From assembly GCA_963739455.1 (NCBI GenBank), contig CAVUAK010000003.1:256001-320000 (forward strand): a stretch of DNA of 64,000 nucleotides, given 5' to 3'. Positions 52,088-64,000 of this stretch are shown here, in pieces; the stretch's first letter is position 1; each line of letters begins with the position of its first letter. Below the pieces are notes generated by a model. It made no database searches, was not told where the DNA came from, and was given only the letters and a program-made list of their open reading frames with translations. Position numbers and translations under genes: made by a program. Origin of the DNA: an uncultured Gemmatimonadales bacterium (GTDB lineage Bacteria; Gemmatimonadota; Gemmatimonadetes; Gemmatimonadales; GWC2-71-9).

Positions 52088-54079
52088 ATGTTACTTGCCC
52101 TGCTCGCCCTGCTGCAGCAGCCCGTGGCACCGCCCCCGCCAGCCAAGCCGGCGGCCCCACCCAAGCTGATTGAACGCGTCGAAGTCGTACCCGCCTCAGC
52201 CGAGGTCGGCGTGGGCCAGTCACTGCAGCTTGCGGCCAAGGCGTACGACGCCAACGGCAACGTGCTGCCCGATGCATCGTTCCGCTGGTTCACCGGCGGC
52301 GACGAGGGTAGCGTCTCGGAAACCGGCCTGGTGAAGGCAGGGTATCGCGGCCGGGTGAAGGTCACGGTGGCGGCATCGATGCCCGGCAGCAAGCCGGCCT
52401 TCGGCGAGGCCGACGTGAAGGTGATTCCCTCGCCGCCGTCGCGCATCGCTGTGGAGCCGTCGGTCTCGCGCATGGTGGTGGGGACCCGGCTGTCGATCAC
52501 CGGCACGCCCTTCAGCACCGAAAACGATCGCCGCTACGACCCGGTCACCTTCGTCTCCAGCAACCCGAAGGTGGCGCAGGTGACGCCCGACGGTCGCGTC
52601 GTGGCGGTGGCACCGGGGTCGGCGACCGTCACCGCCAAGGCGGGCGGCGCCACCCAGGCGGTCCCAGTGCAGGTCATCGCCGGTCCCGTGTCGAAGGTGA
52701 CGCTCACGCCCGACAAGGCGTCGGTGCTCACCGGAGACGTGGTGCGCTTCAAGGCGGATGTTCGGGGAGCGGCAAACAAGTCGCTGGGTGACGTCTCGAT
52801 CCGCTGGTCGGTGGAGGACGGCGGTCCCGAGTCGTCGGCGTCGATCGACGGTGACGGTGCCTTCGTTGCCGAAACGCCGGGCAAGTACACCGTTACCGGA
52901 AGCGTCGGTGGTGCCTCGGCCGACGCAGTGATCGAGGTCGCGAAGCGGAAGGTTGGCCGCGGGTTCCAGGTCGTGGGACGGGTGCCGGTCAAGTTCTCGT
53001 CCGCCGAGGCGTGGGCACATCCGGGTGGAACCTGTGTCTACCTCAGCACCATCGCCGACCGCGTGTATGCTATTGACGTCACCACGCCGTCGGCGCCGAA
53101 GATCGTCGATTCGATGATGACGAACGCGCGCATCGTGAACGACGTCATGACCACCGAGGATGGCAAGTTCGGCGCTTTCTCCCGTGAGGGCGCCTCCGAC
53201 CGCAAGAACGGCATCGTCATTTTCGACGCCAGCGATGCCTGTCACCCGAAGCCGATCGCCGAGTACACCGAGACGGTGCAGGGCGGTGTGCACTCATCGT
53301 ACGTCTACAAGAATCACGTCTACCTGACCGATGACGCCACCGGCTCAATGCGCATCATCGACATTTCTGATCCGTACAAGCCACACGAGGTCGCACGGTT
53401 CCAGACCGAGCAAACCGAGGAAGGTCGCTACCTCCATGACATCATGGTGGTGGATGGTCTCGCGTACCTGTCCTACTGGAATGACGGGCTGGTCATCGTC
53501 GACGTGGGCAACGGCATCAAGGGCGGCTCGCCCGAGAAGCCGGTGATGGTATCGCAGGCCAAGTACGACCTGCAGGAGCTCTACACCCGGGTCGAGCAGC
53601 TCTGGGGGCTTGGCGCCCGCGGCACGCACACCGCCTGGCGCCACAAGAACTATGTCTTCGTCGGTGACGAAGTCTATGCGTCCAAGTCGGCCACCGGCCT
53701 CAAGGACGGCAACAACCTGACCTTCGGGCGCATGACGGTGTTTGATGTCTCCAACATCGAGCAGCCGAAGATCGTGGCGTGGTACGAGCCCACCGACGGT
53801 GGCGTACACAACATCTGGGTGGCGGGCGATACACTGTATCTGGGCAACTACCAGGGCGGGGCCCGCGCGGTGGACATATCCGGGGAACTGAAGGGGGACC
53901 TGCTCAAGCAGGGCCGTGAGATCAGCTGGATCCTCACCGCCGACGCCGAAGGCAACCGCCCGCGCGCCACGTTCGCGTGGGGTGCCGTCGTGAAGGATGG
54001 CTACATCTACGTGCCTGACATCAACTCGGGGTTGTGGATCCTGAAGCTGGAGCCGAAGTCGGGCGCCGCGACGCCCTGA
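52088..54079 (+). CDS. Secreted Ig-like (Big_2) plus LVIVD-repeat beta-propeller protein
   Basis: SSNPKVAQV..DG.V.AVAPG; repeats GLVIVDV, MRIIDISDP, ARAVDIS. Confidence 0.85.
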   Translation: MLLALLALLQQPVAPPPPAKPAAPPKLIERVEVVPASAEVGVGQSLQLAAKAYDANGNVLPDASFRWFTGGDEGSVSETGLVKAGYRGRVKVTVAASMPGSKPAFGEADVKVIPSPPSRIAVEPSVSRMVVGTRLSITGTPFSTENDRRYDPVTFVSSNPKVAQVTPDGRVVAVAPGSATVTAKAGGATQAVPVQVIAGPVSKVTLTPDKASVLTGDVVRFKADVRGAANKSLGDVSIRWSVEDGGPESSASIDGDGAFVAETPGKYTVTGSVGGASADAVIEVAKRKVGRGFQVVGRVPVKFSSAEAWAHPGGTCVYLSTIADRVYAIDVTTPSAPKIVDSMMTNARIVNDVMTTEDGKFGAFSREGASDRKNGIVIFDASDACHPKPIAEYTETVQGGVHSSYVYKNHVYLTDDATGSMRIIDISDPYKPHEVARFQTEQTEEGRYLHDIMVVDGLAYLSYWNDGLVIVDVGNGIKGGSPEKPVMVSQAKYDLQELYTRVEQLWGLGARGTHTAWRHKNYVFVGDEVYASKSATGLKDGNNLTFGRMTVFDVSNIEQPKIVAWYEPTDGGVHNIWVAGDTLYLGNYQGGARAVDISGELKGDLLKQGREISWILTADAEGNRPRATFAWGAVVKDGYIYVPDINSGLWILKLEPKSGAATP

Positions 54080-54081
54080 AC

Positions 54082-54187
54082 GAAGCCGCGTAAGGAGGAA
54101 CAGCAACCACGTAAGGGGGAACCGCAACAGCGGTCCGCAGTTTCAGTTCCTCCTTACGCTGTCGCAGTTCCTCCTCACGCGGTTTCA
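54082..54187. repeat. Inverted repeat of two 21-nt units per arm between convergent genes
   Basis: Left units GCGTAAGGAGGAACAGCAACC and ACGTAAGGGGGAACCGCAACA; complementary units on the right. Confidence 0.8.
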
Positions 54188-54195
54188 GCCCCTCC

Positions 54196-55479
54196 TCACG
54201 CTGTCATCTCCGACTGCTTCAACTTCCTGTGCACCGAAGTCCTCGCGTCATACTTTACGAAGTCGGGCAGGAGCCAGCACAGCGCCGCCGTTCCTGCCAC
54301 GCACAGGATGCCGCCCGACACCACCGATCCACGAATCCCGGCGAAGCTCGCCACCAAGCCCGCCTCCACGTTTCCCAGCAGCGGCCCGCTCATGTAGCTG
54401 ATCTGCTCGATCCCGGCGAGACGGCCACGCAGGCCATCGGGAATCGTCTGGTTCCAGATCGTCAAGCGATACACCGCACTCACCATGTCCGCCGCGCCGG
54501 CCAGCGCCAGGCACGCGAAGGCAGGCCAGAGCGTGGTTGTGAAGCCGAATGCGATGATCGCCGCACCCCAGAACGCCGCTGCTATGGCGATCGCCCGCCC
54601 TTGCCGGTGCACCCGGCCGGTCCAGCCGCTTGTGGCACTTGCCACGAACGCGCCGAAGGCCGGCGCCGCGTAGAGCAGCCCCAGGACCTTGCCGCCACCC
54701 AGTCGCTCCGCGATCGCAGGGAAGAGCGCGTATGGCATGCCGAAGAACATCGCGTTCATGTCGATGAGGTAGGTGCCGAGCAGGTCCTTGCGACTCAGGG
54801 CATAGCGGAAGCCCTCGATCACCCGGCCCAGGCTCGGTCGTTCGGCGTCGGCTGGTGGGGCCACGCTCCTGATCGCCGCGACCACTGCAATGGAGATGGC
54901 GAAGCTGAGGCCGTCGAGGGCGTAGGTGGCGGCAAGGCCAACGGTGGATATCAGTATGCCGCCGATCGCCGGGCCGCCGATGGCCGCGAAGGTGCTGCCA
55001 AATGACTCGAGTGCTGCTGCGGCAGGCATGAGTTCGGCAGGAAGCAGGCGGGGTGCGAGTGATTGGAGCGCTGGGCGCTGGAAGCCGCTCAGTCCGGCGC
55101 TGATAGCGGCGAGTATGAACAGCCCCCACACCGGCGGCGCCGTCATGAGGGCCAGGAACACGAGCACCAGGCTGCACAGCGCCAGGCCCACTTCACTCAG
55201 GATCAGCAGTCGGCGGCGGTCGTGAGCGTCGGCATATGCACCGCCAAGCAGGGCCATGATGAGCAGCGGCACCAGCTCGACCGCGCCCAGCAGGCCCACC
55301 GCCAGGGTCGAGTGGGTTCGCTGGTAGACCTGGTAGGGGAAGGCCACCGTCGTGAGCATCGAGCCGGCGTACGAGACGGTGCGCCCGATATAGAGCAGGC
55401 GGTAGTCGCGGCTCACGCGGAGCGGCGTCAGGTCGAGCGCCACCGCTTTCCGGAGGCGCTGCAGGCGATCAGCGGTCAT
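54196..55479 (-). CDS. MFS transporter (EntS/DHA3-like)
   Basis: About 12 TM segments; GGAYADAHDRRRL; IPDGLRGR. Confidence 0.9.
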   Translation of the reverse strand: MTADRLQRLRKAVALDLTPLRVSRDYRLLYIGRTVSYAGSMLTTVAFPYQVYQRTHSTLAVGLLGAVELVPLLIMALLGGAYADAHDRRRLLILSEVGLALCSLVLVFLALMTAPPVWGLFILAAISAGLSGFQRPALQSLAPRLLPAELMPAAAALESFGSTFAAIGGPAIGGILISTVGLAATYALDGLSFAISIAVVAAIRSVAPPADAERPSLGRVIEGFRYALSRKDLLGTYLIDMNAMFFGMPYALFPAIAERLGGGKVLGLLYAAPAFGAFVASATSGWTGRVHRQGRAIAIAAAFWGAAIIAFGFTTTLWPAFACLALAGAADMVSAVYRLTIWNQTIPDGLRGRLAGIEQISYMSGPLLGNVEAGLVASFAGIRGSVVSGGILCVAGTAALCWLLPDFVKYDARTSVHRKLKQSEMTA

Positions 55480-55489
55480 GCACCGTGGG

Positions 55490-57409
55490 TCAGTGAGCGG
55501 GCGAGATGATCAGTTGCGCAGAGCCCTGGGAGGCTGGCCACAGGAATGTGAGCGACTCACCCTGGCGGGTGCGATCGAAGCCTTTCTCCGACTTGGCGAC
55601 AGTTTCGATGGGGTAGGTCACCAGCTCCGCCAATGGCTCGGCGAGCGCCTGCAGCGGCGCCGCCAGCGACAGTTCGCTGGCGAACCACCGGGCGGCAGAC
55701 GGGGTCCAGCGCCAGCTGATCGCGATGGTGCCGTCAGGCGAGATGCGCAGCTCCTTCACGAGTGAAGTATCAGCCGCGGCGAGCAGGATGCGAACCTCAC
55801 CATCCACCATTCGCACCGTTGAGCTCATCCGCTCCCGGGCCCAGCTTCGCAACGGCACTACCGCACCCGCCTCCAGCCCATCGGCCGTCGTGTCCGCCGG
55901 CAGGAGGCACTCGACCCCGATGGCGCGATCGTGCGCATCGAGTGGAGGACGCGACTCCAGCCGCAGCGACTGCTCGAGGTCATGGATGCTGGCGGTGCCG
56001 TCGCCCGCGTGTGATGCATCAGACTGGCCGCGGGAGAGCGCCTCGTCATGATACGCCTCGCGGCGACGCGTCAGCACGTCAGCGTAGTTGATGCCGGCAC
56101 CGAAGTGCGACAGCACCTCGATGGCGCCGCCACGCGACGGTGCCACCACGATCGAGCACTGCGCCCCGTGCACCCAGAGCTCTTCCGCGCCGTCACAGTC
56201 GAGGTCCACTGCTTCCCACGTCAGCGCCTCGCCGTGACGCAGCAGTGCCTCGGCTCGCACCAGTTCGTTCCACAGCGCATTGCGGAGGTGGGGCAGGTAG
56301 AGCCCACCGAACACGCCGTGCCAGTAGGCGTCGTTGCACTGTGCGCGCGCGACCGCGCGACGGGCCTCGAGCGGGTCGCCCCGGTCACGACAGAGCGTCG
56401 ACAGCGCCACCATCATTTTCTGCAGGCGGTTGGACTCGGGGTACTTCACCAGGAAGTGACGCCAGTGTGATCCCCGCACCAGCGATCCCTCCGGACCCTC
56501 GAGCCGCTCGGGTCCGAACTCCTTCTCGAGTGCCGCCAGCCGAAGCTGCGGATCGGGCGGCAGCGCCCAGCCTTCCATCTCGCGGTAGGATGCCGTCGGC
56601 AGGTAGGCCAGGCCACCGCACGGTACCTCGCGCAGGACGTCGGCCAGTGTGCTGAGGACAATGCTGCCCTCGTCGACGAGACTCCGGATCATCTCACCGA
56701 AGCGATCGAACCACCCCTTCTCGTAGACCCACTCCTTCGTGCCAGGCCAACCGCCGAACTTCTCACCGTCGTCGGCCAGGAGCGCCATGGCGTGACCCGC
56801 CCGGTTGAGCTCCCGCAGGTACTCGGCGGTCTCCGCCGGCGGCCGGAACGGGATCAGGTAGCGCAGGCGCTCATCGATGGGGAAGACGCCCACCCGCTTG
56901 CCATCGCTCTCGGTGAGGTACCAGGTGTGGAGTTGCTCGCGGCTGAACCCTGCCACCAGGAAGTGGCGATCGTCCACGAGCACCGCTTCCACTCCCGCAT
57001 CGGACAGGTCGGCCGCCAGCTCCGGCTCCCACACGCGCTCCGTCAGCCAGAGCGTAGTGGCCTCGACCCCGAACCGCCGCGCGATCGCCTCTCGCATCCA
57101 GCGTACCTGTTCCACCCGGTCCACCCGCGGTAGTGCCGCGAGGATCGGCTCGTGGAAGCCGGAGAGCAGCAGCTCGAGCTTGCCCGAGCGCGCGAGGCCG
57201 GCGAGCCGGTCGAGGTACGCCGGCTCGTTCAGCTCGAGCCACTCCAGCAGCGGTCCGGACAGGTGCAGCACGGCGGGGAAGAGGTTCGACTTTTCCAGCT
57301 GGTCGAGCAGCGGACGGTAGACATCGTCCAGGTGCTGGCTGAAGACGTGGTCGAAATTTCCGACGGGCTGGTGAAGGTGCAGCCCGATTACGAAGCGAAG
57401 TGGTGACAT
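55490..57409 (-). CDS. GH57 alpha-amylase / 4-alpha-glucanotransferase
   Basis: HLHQPVGN, WLTERVWE, DDGEKFGGWP, AQCNDAYWHGVFGGLYLPHLR. Confidence 0.92.
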   Translation of the reverse strand: MSPLRFVIGLHLHQPVGNFDHVFSQHLDDVYRPLLDQLEKSNLFPAVLHLSGPLLEWLELNEPAYLDRLAGLARSGKLELLLSGFHEPILAALPRVDRVEQVRWMREAIARRFGVEATTLWLTERVWEPELAADLSDAGVEAVLVDDRHFLVAGFSREQLHTWYLTESDGKRVGVFPIDERLRYLIPFRPPAETAEYLRELNRAGHAMALLADDGEKFGGWPGTKEWVYEKGWFDRFGEMIRSLVDEGSIVLSTLADVLREVPCGGLAYLPTASYREMEGWALPPDPQLRLAALEKEFGPERLEGPEGSLVRGSHWRHFLVKYPESNRLQKMMVALSTLCRDRGDPLEARRAVARAQCNDAYWHGVFGGLYLPHLRNALWNELVRAEALLRHGEALTWEAVDLDCDGAEELWVHGAQCSIVVAPSRGGAIEVLSHFGAGINYADVLTRRREAYHDEALSRGQSDASHAGDGTASIHDLEQSLRLESRPPLDAHDRAIGVECLLPADTTADGLEAGAVVPLRSWARERMSSTVRMVDGEVRILLAAADTSLVKELRISPDGTIAISWRWTPSAARWFASELSLAAPLQALAEPLAELVTYPIETVAKSEKGFDRTRQGESLTFLWPASQGSAQLIISPAH

Positions 57410-57418
57410 CGAGCTCGA

Positions 57419-59113
57419 CTAGTCGAGGGCCAGGGCGCGTGTGCCTGCGAGCGCGGCCTCGACGGCGGGAAGGGGATCGGGGAAGAGGTCGTCGCGCTCG
57501 TGACTCTCCGCGGCCAGCTGCAGCGCGGCCGGCATCTCCGCCTCGTGTCCCGGGCGGAGCGCGGACACCAGGCGTTCCGCGTCGTCGCAGTGCCCATTGA
57601 AGCGGCGGAAGGCGTAGTCCGTCACTGCGCCGGTGGAGATGATGAACTGCCAGTCGGAGGACTGTGCCAGCAGCAGCTCGCGCGTCGCCTGCTCCAGCAC
57701 GATCCGCTTGAGCGGGTCCAGGAGCGCGGTCGGCGCCACATCCCAGAAGGAGTCCTCGAGCGGCCAGAGACGCTCCCACGTCCACGCCGTCTGCTCGTTC
57801 AGCCACATGCTGAAGTTGCCGTTGGCACCCCATGATCCGGGGGGCAGGCGCAGCGCGCCCGCCGGCGGGTGCTTCTGCAGGTGCGCCGAGGCAGTGCTCG
57901 GGTGCACGTCGGGATGCGCCGGCAGCAGCCGGTACGTTTCCTCGAGGAAGTGCGGCCCCTCGAACCACCAGTGCCCGAACAGCTCGGTGTCGAACGGTGC
58001 GGCCAGTACTGCCGGCGACTTGCGCGGTTCATCCGCCGCGAGCGCGTCGATGAGCCGGGCGAAGTGCGCCGCATGCGCATCGGCGTGCGCGGCGGCGGTC
58101 GGCGGATCGTACGGCTCCTTGGCGCCCATGTCGACGGACGACCCCGTGACGCGCCAGTACTTGAGGCCGCCGGGCCAGCGAATCTTGTGGAAGTCGAGAT
58201 ACGCGCCGTCGCCGGGGTAGCCCCCGTGCCGGCTCCACACCTGCGCCGAGGCCTTGGGATCGCGAGCGAAGGCCGCGACGCCCGCGCCCTTGCCCGGCGG
58301 AGTCACGCGCCACACGCGGTACGGCGACCGCTGCGCCACTGCCAGCGCATCGGTCGCCTCGGCGACACTCAGTCCGTCGGTGCCCTCGCTGGTGAGGCCC
58401 AGTGGCCTGGCCCCCGTGACCAGGTGCGCGTCGACGAAGAAATATCGGTACCCGGCGTCAGCCAGGTGCTCGTCGATGCCGCGACGGATGGACGACGCCG
58501 GCGCGGTCGGCCATGGCGCCCAGCGTTCCCGGGGGCGATAGGCGCACTCCGGCAGCCAGCATCCCGCCGGCGACTTGCCGAACAGCCGGCGATGCTCCCG
58601 CACGCCTACCGCGAGCTGCAGCCGGATGCTCTCGTCGCGCGCGAGCAGCGGCAGGAAGCCGTGCGTGGCGGCGGAGCTGATGATCTCGATGCGGCCCCGC
58701 GACCTCGAGCCCGCGGAACGCCGCGATCAGGTCGCCATCGAGGGTGTGGAACAGGCTGGCGCAGCCGGTTGTACCGCTCCAGCCAGAAAGTGGCGAGCGG
58801 GAATGAGGTGCGCGTCGCCGGTGCCGCGCAGCGACTCGGGCGCGGCATGGCACGCCTCGATCCGCTGGTCGAAGAACGCCTCGACTTCGCTCCGGAAGAG
58901 TGGGTGGGCCAGCTGGTTCGCGAGCACCGGCGTGATGCCGATGGTGACGGGCGCATGCACGCCGTCGCGCTCGAGCGCCTGCAGCGACTCGATCAGCGGC
59001 AGGTAGGTGTCCAGCGCCGCCTCGGTGAGCCAGTCGGAGCCGTGCGGCCAGCGCCCGTGGTTGAGCACCCACGGCAGGTGACTGTGCAGCGCGAGGACGA
59101 AGTCGAGGCTCAC
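57419..59113 (-). CDS. GH57 1,4-alpha-glucan branching enzyme (2 apparent frameshifts)
   Basis: LHSHLPW, WLPECAY, PFDTELFGHWWFEG, RELLLAQSSDWQF. Confidence 0.92.
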
Positions 59114-60580
59114 GAGTGGCTCAGCACGGCGCGGTACACCGCGGCGTAGCGCTTGCTGGCGCGATCCCAGCTGAAGTCGCGGTGCATCGCCGGTCTGCAT
59201 CATCGCGACCCAGCGCTCGCGGTGCTCCATCGCGCCCATGGCGCGGAACGCCGCTTCCTGGAAGGCGGCGGCGTCATACTTGTCGAACAGGAAACCCGGT
59301 CACGTTGTCCTCCACCGTATCGGCGATGCCGCCCACCCGGCGTCCCACCGGCAGGCTGCCATAGCGCTGGGCCCGCATCTGCGTCAGGCCGCACGGTTCA
59401 TACACCGATGGCATGAGGAACATGTCGGAACCCGCCATGAGACGGTGCTCCATCCGGTCGCTGAAGGTCGGTCTCGACACCGACCTTTTCCGGCAGCGCG
59501 CGACGCAGCTCCAGCAGGGCATCGGCGTAGCGCTTCTCGCCCCCGCCCAGGAACACGAACTGCGCGTCGAAGTTGAGCAGGTGGTAGCTCTCGAAGATCA
59601 CGTCGAGCCCCTTCTGCTGCGCCAGGCGCCCGGCAAACCCGAAGATCGGGATGTGCTTGCGCTGGGGCAGGCCGAAGGCACGCTGCAGCGCTGCCTTGCA
59701 GCGCTCCTTGCCGTCGAGGGCGTGCGAACTGTACTTCGCCGTGATGTGCTTGTCGGTGGCACGGGTCCCACACCGACTGGTCGATGCCGTTGGTGATGCC
59801 CACCAGCCGCGGTCCCAGCGCCTGGAACACCTCCTGCAGCCCGAACCCGCCCTCGTCCGTCCGAAGCTCCTCGGCGTGCTTGGCGCTCACCGTTACCACG
59901 AGGTTCGCGGTGGTGAGGCCGCCCTTCAGCATGTTGGCCCGACCGTACCACTCGAGGCAGTGATGCGTGTACGTCTCCCACGGCAGACCCGACCTCGGGG
60001 ACCATCGATGCGGGGAAGTGGCCCTGGTACCCGGGGTTGTGCACGGCGAGCACGGTGCGCACCTGGCTCGCGACGGGCGGTGCGCATGCGTCGTCTTGAG
60101 GTAGAGCGGCGCCAGCGCGGTGTGCCAGTCGTGCGCATGCAGGATGGTCGGGCCGGACACGAACCGCGGCAGCGCCTCGAGCGCCGCCAGCACGAAGAAC
60201 GCAAAGCGCCGCGCGCTGTCGGGGTAGTCGCCGTTCGAGTCGCCGTAGATCCCGGGGCGATCGTAGAAGTGCGGGTGGGCTATGGCGTACACCTCGGGAC
60301 CGGGACCGGCCCCGATGACGCGGAACAGCTGTGCGAGCTCGGTGGTGGGTCCCACCTGCACCGGGAAGGGATCACCGGCGGGCACCAGTCCCGCCGCCAG
60401 CTCCCGCACCGACCGGTACAGCGGCAGCATGGCGACCACCCGGTGCCCCGCCCGCTGCTGGAAGCTCGCCAGCCCGCTCACCGCCTCGGCCAGTCCGCCG
60501 GTGCGCGCGTACGGAAAAAACTCCGCCGATAGGTGCACGACGGCGGGCAGCGTGGGGCGGTCCAGCTTCTCGGCGGCCAC
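59110..60580 (-). CDS. glgA: Glycogen synthase GT5 (several apparent frameshifts)
   Basis: [44 protein letters not shown]. Confidence 0.92.
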
Positions 60581-60594
60581 GAGGCCTCCAGTAT

Positions 60595-62758
60595 TCAGTC
60601 CGTAGGTGGGGCATCTCCCGCGAGGTCGGCGCGGGACGCTGGCAGATAATACTCCTGTACGTAGTCAGCCAGCATCCGCTGGGCGGTGAAGCGCCGCCCG
60701 CCGAGCCGCAAGGCATGCCGCATCCGCTCCACCCAGCCGAGCGGGATGTCACGGCTGTCACGCGTGTAGTAGAGGGGTACCACCTGTTCCTCGAGCAGCC
60801 GGTAGCACGACTCCGCGTCCTGCGCGTCGCTGCTGCTGCCGTCCGACGCCCGTCGGAATGGCCCAGCCTCCCAGTCCATCGTACCCCTCCTGCCACCAGC
60901 CGTCGAGCGTGCTCAGCTGCGGCACGCCGTTGAGCGCGGCCTTCATGCCGCTCGTGCCCGACGCCTCGAGCGGCACGCGCGGCAGGTTGAGCCACGCATC
61001 GACGCCCTGCACCAGCAGGTGGGCGATGTGCATGTCGTAGTCTTCCACGAACGCGATGCGCCCCTCGAAGCTCGGGTCGCGCGTGTAGCGGTAGACGCTC
61101 TGCAGCACTTCCTTGCCCGGCGTGTCCGCCGGGTGCGCCTTGCCGGCGAAGATCACCTGCACCGGCCGGTCGGGGTTGGTGCAGAGTCGGCGCAGGCGGT
61201 CGATGTCGCTGAAGATCAGGTTGGCGCGCTTGTAGGTCGCGAAGCGACGCGCGAAGCCGATCGTCAGGACCTCAGGATCGAACAGCGTCCCGGCGCCCAC
61301 GACCGCCGCCGCTTCCTTGAGCTGGCCGGCGAACCGATGGCGCGCATCCTCGCGGATGAAGTCGCGAAGGATCTGCCTTGAGGTGCGAGGTGCGCCTGCC
61401 AGAACTTCTCGTGATCGAGCGACAGCACCCGGTCCCAGATCGCACTGTCGTCGAGGCGATCGGTCCAGCGCGGCCCGAGGTGCTCGGTCAGCAGTCGCCT
61501 GGATGTCGCCGGCCATCCAGGTCGGGAGGTGCACGCCGTTGGTGACGTGACCGATCGGCACCGCCTCCCACGGACGGTCGGGCCAGAGGCTGCGCCAGAG
61601 GTTGCGCGATACCTGCCCGTGGGGCCGCGACACGCCGTTGACCCGGGCGGCGAGCCGAACGGCGCAGACCGTCATGTGGAAGTTCGTGCTGTCGCCGGGC
61701 ATGGCCCCGAGCTCGAAGAATCGCTGGTGATCAACGCCGAGCGACTCCCACACCGGTCCCGGCAACCTTCACGAGTTCGTCGAGCGCGAAGAAGTCGTGA
61801 CCCGCCGGCACCGGCGTGTGCGTCGTGAAGACGCTCCGCGCGCGCACCGCCGATACGGCGTCCTCGAATGACGTCACCGCGCCTGGACCTGCTCCCGCAG
61901 GCGCTCCACGAACATGAACGCCGCGTGGCCCTCGTTGGCATGCCACACCGCGGGGTCGATCCCGACCGCGCGCAGCACCCGTACGCCACCCACGCCCGAG
62001 GATCCACTCCTGCCGGATCCGCAGCTGCGGGCCGCCGGCATAGAGCTTGTTCATCAGCGCGCGGTCCTCGGGGGCGTTCACCGCGAGGTTGGTGTCGAGC
62101 AGGTACACCGGCACCCGGCCCACCATCATCTTCCACGCCCGCACATGCACCGGGCGGCCCGACGTCTCCACCACCGTGACCCACTCCTCGCCCGCGGGGC
62201 CGGTGAGCGGCTGGATCGGCGTGCCCGCGAGGTCGAACACCTCGTCGCTGTCGGTCTGCCAGCCGTCGAGGTTCACCTTCTGGTCGAAGTACCCGTTGGT
62301 GTAGAACAGCCCCACGCCGACGATCGGCACGCCCATGTCGGACGCACTCTTCAGGTGGTCGCCCGCCAGCACGCCCAGGCCGCCGGAGTAGATCGGCACC
62401 GAGTTGTGCAGCCCGAACTCGGCGCAGAAGTAGGCAATGGGACGGCCGGCGAGTTCCGGCCGGTGGCGCGCGAGCCAGGTGTCGTCGGTGGTCAGGTGAC
62501 GCTGGAACGCCGCCATCACGCCGTCGTAGCGCTGCAGGAACGCGCGGAGTCGCTCGCGCACGCGGCGATGCGGGCCGGATCGACCTGCTGCAGGAGCAGC
62601 AGCGGGTTGTGACGCGTGTGGTGCCACAGCCGCGGGTCGATGGCGCCGAACAGGGTGCGCGCCTCGGGACTCCAGCTCCACCAGAGGTTGGTGGCGAGCC
62701 GGCTCAGTCCTTCGATGCGGGTCGGGAGGTACGGAATGCGCTGTTCGAGGGCGTTCAT
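60595..62758 (-). CDS. glgP: Alpha-glucan phosphorylase GT35 (several apparent frameshifts)
   Basis: LATNLWWSW, YSGGLGVLAGDHLK, FTTHTPVPAGHD, FARRFATYKR, EASGTSGMKA. Confidence 0.94.
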
Positions 62759-62761
62759 GCG

Positions 62762-64000
<1,239 letters not shown>

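Noticed and set aside
54082..54187. CRISPR array
   Set aside because: Units are abutting and inverted, with no unique spacers and no cas genes

Overview
High-GC bacterial chromosomal segment. Gene content and protein style suggest Gemmatimonadota; this is an inference, not a search result. It is mostly housekeeping and accessory metabolism, with no prophage, IS element or CRISPR array. About 20 otherwise conserved genes are broken by single-base indels, which looks like uncorrected long-read error, so several CDS were rebuilt by eye across frames. Contents in order: cardiolipin synthase; an SPFH-Arc operon; a four-gene type IV minor-pilin cluster headed by a giant PilX-like pilin behind a sigma54-type promoter; a His/Cys-rich lipoprotein; a HEAT-repeat plus HD-GYP pair sharing an unnamed N-terminal domain; two ECF sigma/anti-sigma modules; amino-acid catabolism (hppD-hmgA, tnaA, hutUIG, aguBA); a TerB-like/acyl-CoA oxidase fusion; 8 tRNA genes, none encoding CCA; a Phd-VapC toxin-antitoxin pair; a HerA-like ATPase; MscS; secreted hydrolases; and a glycogen operon using GH57 enzymes downstream of ettA. 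The best candidates for undescribed biology are the HEAT/HD-GYP module, the giant-pilin cluster with a second similarly built sigma54 promoter at 17.4 kb, the His-rich lipoprotein, and dispersed tandem-repeat hairpins, one of which extends into a signal peptide.
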